64,000 nt of DNA from positions 1 through 64,000 of the forward strand of contig CAWDRG010000011.1 in assembly GCA_963804645.1 (NCBI GenBank). Direction: 5' to 3'. Every line of letters begins with the position of its first letter. Position 1 is the stretch's first letter. The position numbers were made by a program, and so were the translations under genes. Positions 9,222 to 18,013 of the stretch are shown here, piece by piece. Origin of the DNA: an uncultured Bacillota bacterium. GTDB taxonomy: Bacteria > Sysuimicrobiota > Sysuimicrobiia > Sysuimicrobiales > Segetimicrobiaceae. Below the pieces are notes generated by a model that did no database searches, was not told the origin of the DNA, and worked only from the letters and a program-made list of their open reading frames with translations.

Positions 9222-10895
9222 TTAGGCTTGGATCCACGCATCTTGGAAGTACGGATACCACGACCGAGCGTCCATGTGAAAGTTCTTCACGGGGGTCGCG
9301 GTGACCCATACAAAGAGCGTGATATAAATTGGCACGACGTATGCCTGCTCGAGGATCCGCCTGGTCGCTTGCGACACCAGCGTGAACCGCGCCTTGCGGT
9401 CCAAGGTGATATCCTGCTGCGCCAGAAGCTGATCGAGCGCCGGATCGTTGTTCATCGACCACGCAAAGCTGCCGATGTTCTTCGACGCAAACAGGTCGAC
9501 GAGGTAGTGTGGATCGCTCGCTTCAAACTCCCGGTTGATGACATGATACAATCCCTTGCTGCCCGCGACCGTCCGGTCGGCCGGCGTGCCGCTGATCAGG
9601 GTGGTCGAAAATCCGACGTCCTGGAGCATCGTGCACATCAGCTCTTTGTAGTTCTCGGTCTGGAAGCCGCTGGTAAACACATCCACGTGCAGCGGGGTGC
9701 TGCCCTTCATCCGGCGGCCGTCGGGACCTGGCTTCCAGCCGGCCGCGTCCAACGTCTCCTTCGCCTTCCCCGGGTCAAAGGTGAAGATGTGGTCCAGGGC
9801 GGGATCGTACCCATAGCTCGTCGGCCCGATCAGGTTCCACGTCGGGCGCGCGATGCCGGGATAGAACACTTTGACAATTGTATCCTTGCTGACCGCGTAA
9901 TTGATCGCCTGTCGAACCGCGAGCTCGTCGGTCGGCGGTTTCTGCACGTTGATGAAGTTGAACCACGTCGTCCCCGGAGAGACGCCTTCGTACATGGTGA
10001 ACGCGGGATCGCGACGCCACCCGGGGAGCATCCGGGGACCCGGCCACGCCTCAATCAGCAGCTCCTTCCGCCCGTTCATCAGCGCATCGCGCGTGCCCTG
10101 CTCGGGGAGGAACTTGAACGTCAGGCGCTCCAGGTATGGCGGGCCCGCGTTGGTCTTGCCCGGAAACGTCGTGCCCCACCGGTAGTCGGTGTTTCGCGCG
10201 AGCGTGATGTGGGTATCGCGCGCCCACTCGACGAACTTGAACGGGCCAGTCCCCACGAGGTGATTCTGAAAGTCCTGGCCGTACTTCTTCACCGCGGTGG
10301 GCGACGGAATCCCGAGGTACCCTTGGCTCAGCGAGTCGAAGATCGGTGCGAACGCCTCCTTCAGGCGGAGCTGCACGGTGAAATCGTCCACCACCACCGT
10401 CGAATCGTAGGGGCCCAGCAGCGACCTCGCGTACTGCGATTTGGTGGCCGGATCCACGCACCGGTCGAAGTGGAACTTCACCGCTGCGGCGTTGAATGGC
10501 GTCCCGTCGTGAAACTTGACGTCCCGGCGCAACTTGAACGTCATAGTCTTGCCGTCCTGGGAAACGTCCCACGACGAGGCCAACCCGGGATGGATGTTCA
10601 GGTCATTTCCCAAGTAGACCAGCGAATCGAAGACCATCTGGGTCACCATGGTTTCGGGCGGCCCCCAATACGACGCCGGGTCAAGCTGATCCAGCGTCCG
10701 GTACAACCCGACCGTCAGTTCCCCGCCCGGTCGCGGAGGGACCGTCGCGGGCGCGCTGGCCGCGCTCGCGGCCTCGGCGCGGCCCGAGAAGGCGGCTTGC
10801 CCCAGCATACCGAGCGCCGAGAGCGGCAGCATGGAGCCCATTCCGAGCGTAAGCGTCTTCACGAGCTTGCGTCGTGTCATGCCTGTCGCGCGCAT
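9222..10895 (-). CDS. Family-5 ABC substrate-binding protein with Tat-like signal
   Basis: MTRRKLVK N-terminus; PGLASSW, FKLRRDVKFHDGTPFNAAAVKF, VGTGPFKF. Confidence 0.92.
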   Translation of the reverse strand: MRATGMTRRKLVKTLTLGMGSMLPLSALGMLGQAAFSGRAEAASAASAPATVPPRPGGELTVGLYRTLDQLDPASYWGPPETMVTQMVFDSLVYLGNDLNIHPGLASSWDVSQDGKTMTFKLRRDVKFHDGTPFNAAAVKFHFDRCVDPATKSQYARSLLGPYDSTVVVDDFTVQLRLKEAFAPIFDSLSQGYLGIPSPTAVKKYGQDFQNHLVGTGPFKFVEWARDTHITLARNTDYRWGTTFPGKTNAGPPYLERLTFKFLPEQGTRDALMNGRKELLIEAWPGPRMLPGWRRDPAFTMYEGVSPGTTWFNFINVQKPPTDELAVRQAINYAVSKDTIVKVFYPGIARPTWNLIGPTSYGYDPALDHIFTFDPGKAKETLDAAGWKPGPDGRRMKGSTPLHVDVFTSGFQTENYKELMCTMLQDVGFSTTLISGTPADRTVAGSKGLYHVINREFEASDPHYLVDLFASKNIGSFAWSMNNDPALDQLLAQQDITLDRKARFTLVSQATRRILEQAYVVPIYITLFVWVTATPVKNFHMDARSWYPYFQDAWIQA

Positions 10896-11495
10896 ACGGA
10901 ACCTCCCGCGAGGTGTCCTCGGACTCCTTACCCCAGCTCTTCGGTTTGATCCTTGCCGATCCTTCCATTACGGATACGGGGCGGAGCCTCCAGCACGGAG
11001 GCGGCCGCGCCGCTTGGCTGCACGGCCGCGCCGGCGAGATTGCTCGGCAGCCCAGATGGACGGGCCCGTGGGGCTCGCCCGTCGCGACCCAGATGGCGCC
11101 CCGGACGGTGTCGGCGGTGCTCCGCCCGTCCAGCGTGTCGCTCCACTTCGTGATCGCGCCGAAAAATGGGTCAGTGGGAGACGCTGATGGGGGCCACGCG
11201 CGCTCTCTGGACGTGGCTTCGCACGATGATCCCGCTGTGATCGGAATGGCAGCGCCGCTGAGCCTGCCGGGTTCGTGCCAGCTCATCGACGCGCCTCGAC
11301 GTTGGTCGCGTCCCCCGTAAAGTCCACTGCACCTCGTGGCGCCGGGCAACGCACTTCACGATACCTCGCCGCGTCACGTCGGTTGCCTTGGGTTCCCCGC
11401 CACACCCGGTAGACTGTCCTCCGATGGCCCAGACACCTGTGCACTCCCCACACCAAGCGGTCCCGCCCTCCACGCGCCCTGCTCAAGGCCGAGTC

Positions 11496-11620
11496 GAGCT
11501 CCGTCCCGTATCAACTGGAGGCACTCGAGGCTGTAACGCGCGCCCATGCGCGTGGAGTGAGGCGGCTTCTGGTCGTACTGCCCGTTGGGACTGGGAAGAC
11601 GATCGTGGGCGCCTTTTTGA
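11496..11620 (+). pseudogene. N-terminal remnant of a superfamily-2 (DEAD/ResIII-like) helicase, cut off by the IS481 end
   Basis: With one C removed reads ELRPYQLEALEAVTRAHARGVRRLLVVLPVGTGKTIVGAFL (Q-motif + Walker A); stops exactly at 11621. Confidence 0.7.
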
Positions 11621-11633
11621 TGAACGGCCTGAG

Positions 11634-12444
11634 GTCGGGTAGCAGGGTGGCGCGCCGGTCAGGTTACCGTTAAGGAGCCTGACCACGGTTCCACCCCGCC
11701 CCCTATCATCCGGATAGCGGGTTTTCCCCAATCCGGCTGGAAGAGCACGCGCTCAGTTGCAGCGTTCCCGATCCTTCCCAGCCTGTACCTGGGGAGCGAT
11801 TGGTTTGCTGCAGCCTACAGCGTCGGTCCGGATCTTGGCGGTAGCCCGAGCGCGTTATCAGCACCCGCACCCTCTCCTTCTCCAACGCTGGCCTGCTCCC
11901 AGAGGCCCTTTGCTCCCGCTCCTTGTTATCGGAGCGATCATCGCTCCTACGGCCTCATGCGCCAGACTCTCCCCCACCAGTGAACTTCCCGAGTGAAGTC
12001 GGTTATATCACTGGCCTCACGGGTGAGAGCCCTTCCCCGCTTTGACCATCCACCCTTTGGATGTTGCCGCCACCCCTACGCCGGAGGGCTGGTTGCGTGC
12101 ACACGCCCAGCTTCTTCCGCAACCACACTGGCCTTCGTCCCCTATGTAGAAACTTGGCACCCTCATTCCCACTGTGGCGCTGAGCACTCCGTTACCGGAG
12201 CTCTGAGTGGGCCTGAATAACGACGCTGCAGTGTTCACTTCATGTTGCGGCCCCATCCATCGCTCGTCTCCTGGGCCACCGACCGCGGCCTTTATATCTC
12301 TGCCGGGCCGCCGAGACTTGTACGTCCGGGCTTCCGTCTCGCGAGTCACCTCCTTCGAGACGCCGGACAACACTACCGCGGCAAGTTGGGCGACTCCGCG
12401 GGTCGGACTCTCACCGACTGAGTGTATGGCTTTACGGGCTGCAC
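11634..12444 (-). ncRNA. ORF-less group II intron (811 nt)
   Basis: 5' GTGCAGCCCG...CGGTGAGAGTCCG. D3-like GAGGCCGTAGGAGCGATGA...GGAGCAAAGGGCCTC. D5 CAGCCGGATTGGGGAAAACCCGCTATCCGGATG (11707-11739, AGC triad). D6 ends CTACCCGAC. EBS1 loop ACATAG(G) at 12141-12147 is complementary to the 5' exon end (C)CTATGT. Confidence 0.92.
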
Positions 12445-12533
12445 ACATAGGTAACAGATTGTACCGGACACATGGGTAACACTTCCTCCTCCAAAATACC
12501 CCGTGTGAGGTAGCCAGGTCTAGTGTATAAGCG

Positions 12534-12983
12534 TTAGGCCGCTTCGACCGTGACCTTGTAGCCTAACCGTTCGAGCCGGTTGACTGCGTTGCGCACCACC
12601 GCTTCCTTCTTGCGCTCATCGTAGTAGTTGGCGCCCAGGTCCTCATAGGTGACACCGTCCCGCAAGACGTGATAGGCGATTTCCAAGATGTGGCGCCCCA
12701 CAGCGATGGCGGCCCGATTTCCCCCACGGCGGGCGGCGATCCGCCGATAGATGGCGCCGAGGTAGGTGGCCTTGGTCCGTCCTGCGGCCCGCCCCGCTTC
12801 TGTGAGGGTCCGCCGGAGGGTGGGGCTGCCTTTGCGGGTGCGCGCCCGGCGGCGTTTCCCAGCACTCTCATTGCTGCCTGGACTCATCCCCGCCCAGGCC
12901 GCCAGTTGGGCGGTGGTCGGAAAGCGCGTCATATCAGTGCCGACCTCGGCCACGATCACCTCAGCCACGTGTTGATTCACTCC
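12534..12983 (-). pseudogene. IS110 transposase, C-terminal half
   Basis: GVNQHVAEVIVAEVGTDMTRFPTTAQLAAWAGMSPGSNESAGK...AIAVGRHIL (Transposase_20-type, catalytic Ser motif). Confidence 0.9.
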
Positions 12984-12996
12984 CGGGACAGTGGCT

Positions 12997-15057
12997 TCAT
13001 ACTACACCTCCGGCAGTAGCCTTTTGGAGTGACGGTTTGAGGTGCACGGGGGTGGCGGTCCTCTGGCGACACGCCTCTTCGACCGCCGGAGAAAAAGGAA
13101 CACACAAGCGACCGCTCGTGTCGCGACGCGCTGCAAGCTTGCCTGCGTGGATCCAATCGTATACTGTCCATTTGCTGACCCCCAGTCGGCGGACAACCTC
13201 GCAGACCGTCAGCTCTCCTGGGCGAGGCTGAAAGGACGATGCAGGAATGTGGTAGGTGTGGCGGATCCAGCGGACAGATTTCACATCAAATGGCCGCCCC
13301 CCTTTCCGGGTCATTCCCGCCGTGTTGAGTGCGGTGACGATCTCATCATCCTGCTGCATCGCCAGCGCCCGAATCAGATCGACGACCGCACCCGGCGTCC
13401 GTTGAAGATCGCTGGCTGAGGCAGGGCGCTGGACGACGAGCTCCTCAGTCGCACCCGAGCGCCAGCGAATGCCGACGCCTACACGCGCACTGCCTGGAGC
13501 GGACCGTATCGTTACGTCCGCGACGAGCGCGCGAAGAATCCGCTTGCGGTCTCGGGCCGAGGTCGTAGGAGCAGCCCACAACGCGGGCACGTTGCGAGCG
13601 AGCGCCTCCAATTCTTGGCGCGATGGCAGCGGCGGCGCCTCCGCGCGCGCCCCCGCTAACGCGGTTTCCGCTTCCGCCAATGCGACGAGCGCAGTTTCCC
13701 ATCGTTGCTCCAGGCTCCGCGCCACCAGGCGGTTCTCCGGCTCACACTGATGGAACGCTCGCTCCGCCCGCGCCGCCTCATAGCGCGCCCGCTCCACCGG
13801 GAGTTCAGCGGCCCGGATGCGATTGGTCCGTCGTGCTGCGATCTCATCGGCGGCCTGGAGTGCCAGAGCAATCTGGTCTGTCGTGACCACGTCTAACATC
13901 CGCCGGGCCACGGCATCATCGATCACATCCGCCCGAACCGTGCGACACTGCGGAGTCTGGAGGTGCTCGACACGGGAATAGGAACAATCGTAGGCGGCCT
14001 TTCCGGAGGCATAGGAAGCATACCTCGGCGTCATCATCCGGCCACAGCCGCCGCACACGACGATCCCTTGCAGCAGCGCCTCGCCTTCCCGCGCAGGGCG
14101 TGCGCCTCCGCTCGTGTGGTTATGCGCCAACCGGTCCAGATTTGCAAGATAGGTCTCCCAGCTGATGTACGCGGGGTGATGGTGAGGGAGAACCACAAGC
14201 CATTCCTCCCGCGGAAGCTCTACTCGCTTCCGCCGAATTGAGCCATCCGGCTGTACGATGCGCCGGCATCGGTATCGTCCAAAGACGTAGGTCCCAGCAT
14301 AGACCGGGTTGGAAAGCATGCCAAGCACCCGGTAGTACGTGAGCCGGCCCCACCGGATCTCTCCCGTCCAGACGCCCCCGTGCACTCGCCGAGGAAACGG
14401 ACGCCGGCGAAAGATGCCCGCCGCGCCATATGCTGATCCGCTGGCCTCGAACGCGGCGAAGACGTCTGTGACGGCCTGCCGGATCTCCTCGTCCAAGTCC
14501 ATCACGGTACGGCCGTCCTGATCATACACGTAGCCGACTGGCAGCGGAACGCGTAATTCACCACGGGCCGCCGCGGCACGTTTCGACTCCTGCAACCGCC
14601 CGGCGAGGATATGAAGCTCTGCTTCGGACATTGCGCCCTTCAAGCCCAACAGGAGCCTGTCGTTAAAATGTTGCAGATTGTACACGCCGTCGGCATCGAT
14701 GATCAGCGTGTCCGTCAGGTTGCAGAATTCCAACAATCGTTGGAGGTCCGCGGAACTGCGGGCTAACCGCGAGACCTCCAACCCCAAGATGGCGCCGACC
14801 TCGCCCAGGCACACCCGACTGACGAGCTCCTGAAACCCCGCACGGGTGGTGCCGCTGCGACCGGACAGGCCCAGATCGGCATCGATCACGAGGATCTTGG
14901 ATGCTTCCCACCCCAATCGGGTGGCTTCCTCCGCCAGTGCATACTGCCGGGCGGTCGACTCGGTGTGTTCGCGCACCTGGGTCATCGTGGACTGTCGCAC
15001 ATACACGATTGCCAGACGCTCCCGGTGAGTGGGCGTGATCGTCCTCGCGTCGCTCAT
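12997..15057 (-). CDS. Large serine recombinase (resolvase + recombinase + Zn-ribbon + C-terminal HTH)
   Basis: AIVYVRQST (catalytic Ser), DLGLSG, EVSRLARS, LLQGIVVCGGCG...YDC, C-terminal excisionase-like HTH (EVVRRLGVSKWTVYDWIHAGKL). Confidence 0.95.
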   Translation of the reverse strand: MSDARTITPTHRERLAIVYVRQSTMTQVREHTESTARQYALAEEATRLGWEASKILVIDADLGLSGRSGTTRAGFQELVSRVCLGEVGAILGLEVSRLARSSADLQRLLEFCNLTDTLIIDADGVYNLQHFNDRLLLGLKGAMSEAELHILAGRLQESKRAAAARGELRVPLPVGYVYDQDGRTVMDLDEEIRQAVTDVFAAFEASGSAYGAAGIFRRRPFPRRVHGGVWTGEIRWGRLTYYRVLGMLSNPVYAGTYVFGRYRCRRIVQPDGSIRRKRVELPREEWLVVLPHHHPAYISWETYLANLDRLAHNHTSGGARPAREGEALLQGIVVCGGCGRMMTPRYASYASGKAAYDCSYSRVEHLQTPQCRTVRADVIDDAVARRMLDVVTTDQIALALQAADEIAARRTNRIRAAELPVERARYEAARAERAFHQCEPENRLVARSLEQRWETALVALAEAETALAGARAEAPPLPSRQELEALARNVPALWAAPTTSARDRKRILRALVADVTIRSAPGSARVGVGIRWRSGATEELVVQRPASASDLQRTPGAVVDLIRALAMQQDDEIVTALNTAGMTRKGGRPFDVKSVRWIRHTYHIPASSFQPRPGELTVCEVVRRLGVSKWTVYDWIHAGKLAARRDTSGRLCVPFSPAVEEACRQRTATPVHLKPSLQKATAGGVV

Positions 15058-15142
15058 GCGCGTTCCCCCCGGCGGCGAGCGCGGCCTCGAGCATGTTGGC
15101 CAGCGGCGCCACGAGTTCGCTCGTCGCGCCGCTGAACCCCAC

Positions 15143-15490
15143 TCAGGTCAGCTCCCCGCGGGTCAGCAGTTCCAGGTTGATCGCCGAGATCTCCGCCAGC
15201 GTCGCCTCGATGCGGGCGGTGAGCATGACCCGGCGGCGTACCGCCGCCGCCAGCGCCGCCGGAATATACAGGAGACGCCGTCCCGTTCCCCGCCGGACCG
15301 TCAGGAACACGTACGGACCGTGCAGCTCCCCCCGCGCGCACCGGCAGCCCGGTTTCCCACACCGCCGGTGCTGGATTACCAGCGCCCCGTGCATGACCGC
15401 CTCGAGCGTCGGGAGGCTGCGTGCCCGTTGGGTCCGGCGCGCGCGTAATTGCCTCGTGCTGAGCTTGGCGAGTGGTATCTTTTGTATCAT
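15143..15490 (-). CDS. DUF6788-like small basic Zn-binding protein
   Basis: GALVIQHRRCGKPGCRCARGELHGPYVFL...LYIP motif, typical of DUF6788 proteins next to transposases/recombinases. Confidence 0.75.
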   Translation of the reverse strand: MIQKIPLAKLSTRQLRARRTQRARSLPTLEAVMHGALVIQHRRCGKPGCRCARGELHGPYVFLTVRRGTGRRLLYIPAALAAAVRRRVMLTARIEATLAEISAINLELLTRGELT

Positions 15491-15519
15491 TGGTACCAAA
15501 GATATCACCTGCCGCGGGA

Positions 15520-15801
15520 AACGTCAAGGGGTGCGACAGCACCGCCACCACGCGGAGCACCTCCACCAGAATGGAGGCGGTGAGAGGGTGTGGCTCCGGA
15601 GGGGCGCCGCGATCGGTAAAAGCTTCTGGCAACGCAATACTGCCGGCTGGCCCGGCATCACAAATGTAGATACGTCCACGAGTGGCGTAGCGGCGTGTGA
15701 CCAGTATGGGAAGTCGCTGGTCCCTCAGCGGATGAAACGGATGGGTGACAACGAGGGAATCCGAAAGACTACTGACTGCACTCGTAGTTTGCGTGGACCG
15801 T
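15520..15801 (-). CDS. DUF5372 (Y4bD)-like ORF lacking a start codon in the integrated state; frame stays open to 15054
   Basis: ...SDSLVVTHPFHPLRDQRLPIL...SIALPEAFTDR; no ATG/GTG/TTG ahead of the THPFHPL motif, and an in-frame TGA lies just across the junction. Confidence 0.7.
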
Positions 15802-16575
15802 CGGGATCGTGTCGAGCTGCGTCATCTGGGCCTCGAAAGGGACGAGGCGGGCCGTCACCTCCGCATCCAGGGCCGCGATCTGCTGGTCGAGATGTCGAAT
15901 GTGCTCCAATTGGAGCCGCAGCATGAGGTGCTGATGCCGGGTGAGCCGCCCGCGCAATGCGTCGACCAACTGCTCTTGCGTGGCCCGCAACCGGGGATCC
16001 GCGAGCGCCGCGATGTCCTCAGGACTGCGCTGGCCCGTCGCGAGGGCCTCCAGCATCGCGCGGCCGGATTTGCCCAGAATGTCGGTCACCACCGACCCAA
16101 GTTTAATGTTGCCACCCTCCAAGACCTTGTGGATGCGGTTGGTTTCATCTGCCCGTTCGCTGACCATCGTGATGCGATATCGGATCAATTCTCGCAACTC
16201 TCGCTGCGGACGCGGAGGGATGAAGCTGGCCTTCAGCAGCCCGTGCCGCATCAGGTCGGAGATCCATTCCGCATCGTGCACATCCGTTTTGCGCCCCGGG
16301 ACGGCTTTCATGTGCGCAGCGTTCACGACATACACCGTCATGCCCGTAGCTTCCAACAGATTATAGAGCGGCTTCCAGTAGACCCCGGTGCTTTCCATGG
16401 CTACGTGCGTAATCTGCAGCGCCTGCAACCACTCCATTAGGAGGAGGAGCTCCGAGGTCGTCGTTCCAAAGGTCCGAGTTTCGCTGCTGGCCGGCACCAC
16501 CGCGTGGACGGTCACGGTTTTCTTGTGCACATCGCATCCTGCACACCGCTCGTACAGCACCTTCAAGTTCCCCAC
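15802..16575 (-). pseudogene. IS110 transposase, N-terminal half (DEDD RuvC-like domain)
   Basis: GTG start after GGAGG; CAGCDVHK, VAMESTGVYWKP, PGRKTDVHDAEWI. Confidence 0.92.
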
Positions 16576-16797
16576 GGCTATCCTCCCTGCGACGGTTCGC
16601 GGCGATCCGTATAGAGGAATTCTCCTCCGCATGCTCGCCCGAAGGCGGCGACAATGCGTGGTGCGCCAGATCGCCGGGGTCAGACTCCCATCCACGGGCT
16701 CTCGGCACCAAGGAAACTTCGACCTCTCGTCCCCCGCCGCAGTCATGTCCTTCGATGGGGTGGGCCGATTTCATTCTGCGTGGTGCTGGCTATGGCC
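16576..16797 (-). ncRNA. Candidate IS110 bridge-RNA-encoding non-coding end
   Basis: ~220-nt non-coding region upstream of the IS110 recombinase, the position known to encode bridge RNA; structure not folded here. Confidence 0.45.
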
Positions 16798-16830
16798 AGC
16801 ATGGGGGGCTCCCCGAAAGGGGGAGGTCGG

Positions 16831-18013
16831 ATGCCTTGGAAGGAGTGTTCGGTCATGGACGAAAGAATGCAGTTCGTCGCGCGTCGACTGGCGGGTGAGC
16901 CGATGGCGGAACTGTGCCGAGCGTTTGGGATTTCCCACAAGACCGGCTACAAGCTCTTCGAGCGGTATCAGGAATGCGGCCTTCACGGGCTCACGGACCG
17001 CAGCCGGCGTCCGTATCGCTACGCCAACCAACTGCCCTTTCAAGTCGAGAACTACATTCTCAATGTGAAGCGCGAGCACCCCAGCTGGGGGGCGCGGAAA
17101 ATTCGCGAGCGCGTGACGCGCCGGTTCTCGGGGATTCCCCATCCCCGCGAAGAGCACGATCCATGCGGTGCTGGATCGTCACGGCCGGGTGGAGCGTCGC
17201 GGTCGGATGCGGCGGCGGGCTCAGGGCACCCCCTTGTCGCTCGGGCACCGTCCGAACGAAGTATGGTGCACCGATTACAAAGGCGAGCTCCTGCTTGGCA
17301 ATCACCACTACTGCTATCCGCTCACGGTCACCGACCACGCCAGCCGGTTTCTGCTGGCCTGCGAAGCCCCCTCGTCCACCAAAGAACCCTACGCGGTGAC
17401 GGTGTTTGAGCGGCTGTTTCAGGAGCGCGGGCTCCCGGCCAACATCCGCAGCGATAACGGCGTCCCGTTCTCGTCCGCGCACGCCCTCTTTCACTTGAGC
17501 AGACTGGCGGTCTGGTGGTTACGCCTCGGCATTGGCATCGAACGTATCCAACCCGGCCATCCCCAACAGAATGGCCGGCATGAACGCGTGCACCTCACGT
17601 TGAAGAAAGAAGCCACCAAGCCCGCCGCGGCCAACTTCCTGCAGCAGCAGGTCCGGTTTGACAAATTTATCGACATCTTCAACAACGAACGCCCGCACGA
17701 AGCGCTGGGCATGAAATGTCCGGCGGAAGTCTACCACCCGTCCCAACGTCCCTACACCGGCTTGCCGGATATCGATTATCCGCTGCATGACAAGACCATC
17801 GTGGTCACCCAGTGCAGTCGCATCTGTCTGGACAACCACAAGATCAACTTCAGCCAGGTTTTTGCGGGACAAGCCGTCGGCATTAAAGAGGTGTATGATG
17901 ACATCTGGCTGGTCAGCTTTATGGATTATGACCTAGGGTACTTTGATCTAGAGACACGAGTGCTCGAACCGCTCGAAAATCCGTTCGGCCCGAAAGTGTT
18001 ACCTATGTCTTAG
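16831..18013 (+). pseudogene. IS481-family transposase, +1 frameshift at ~17140
   Basis: MPWKECSVMDERMQFV HTH N-terminus; rve core WCTDYKG / IRSDNG / QQNGRHER; ends KVLPMS within the right repeat. Removing one C from ATTCCCCATC restores GIPIPAKSTIHAVL. Confidence 0.9.

Larger units (their letters stand above)
12989..15806 (-). mobile_element. Large serine recombinase integrative element (~2.8 kb) inserted in the IS110 transposase gene
   Basis: Shared TCCCG at both junctions (12984-12988, 15802-15806). Removal restores QLDTIP-GVNQH in frame. Reconstructed attP GTAGTATGAAGCCACTGTC-CC-GACGGTCCACGCAAACTAC is a symmetric 19-2-19 imperfect inverted repeat. Confidence 0.9.
12486..16797 (-). mobile_element. 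IS110-family element (ends approximate), transposase interrupted
   Basis: Two transposase halves; no terminal inverted repeats; ~220-bp upstream non-coding end; removing it places the IS481 left end just upstream of the IS481 transposase. Confidence 0.75.

Noticed and set aside
1733..10949. Long plus-strand ORFs (e.g. 1733-3121, 6312-8030, 9072-10949) and similar shadows elsewhere
   Set aside because: Antisense to well-supported genes, Arg/Pro-rich and motif-less, as expected in high-GC DNA.
12186..12202. GGTAACGG as EBS2 pairing with CTGTTACC
   Set aside because: Complementarity exists, but the segment forms its own CTCCG-GTAA-CGGAG GNRA hairpin, common in these introns; not assignable without folding.
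12017..12448. ORFs within the intron as a maturase/RT
   Set aside because: No RT (YADD) motifs; they overlap ribozyme domain I rather than domain IV.
17125..17150. Programmed frameshift in the IS481 transposase
   Set aside because: No IS3-type slippery heptamer; IS481 normally has a single ORF; an extra C in a C-run explains it.
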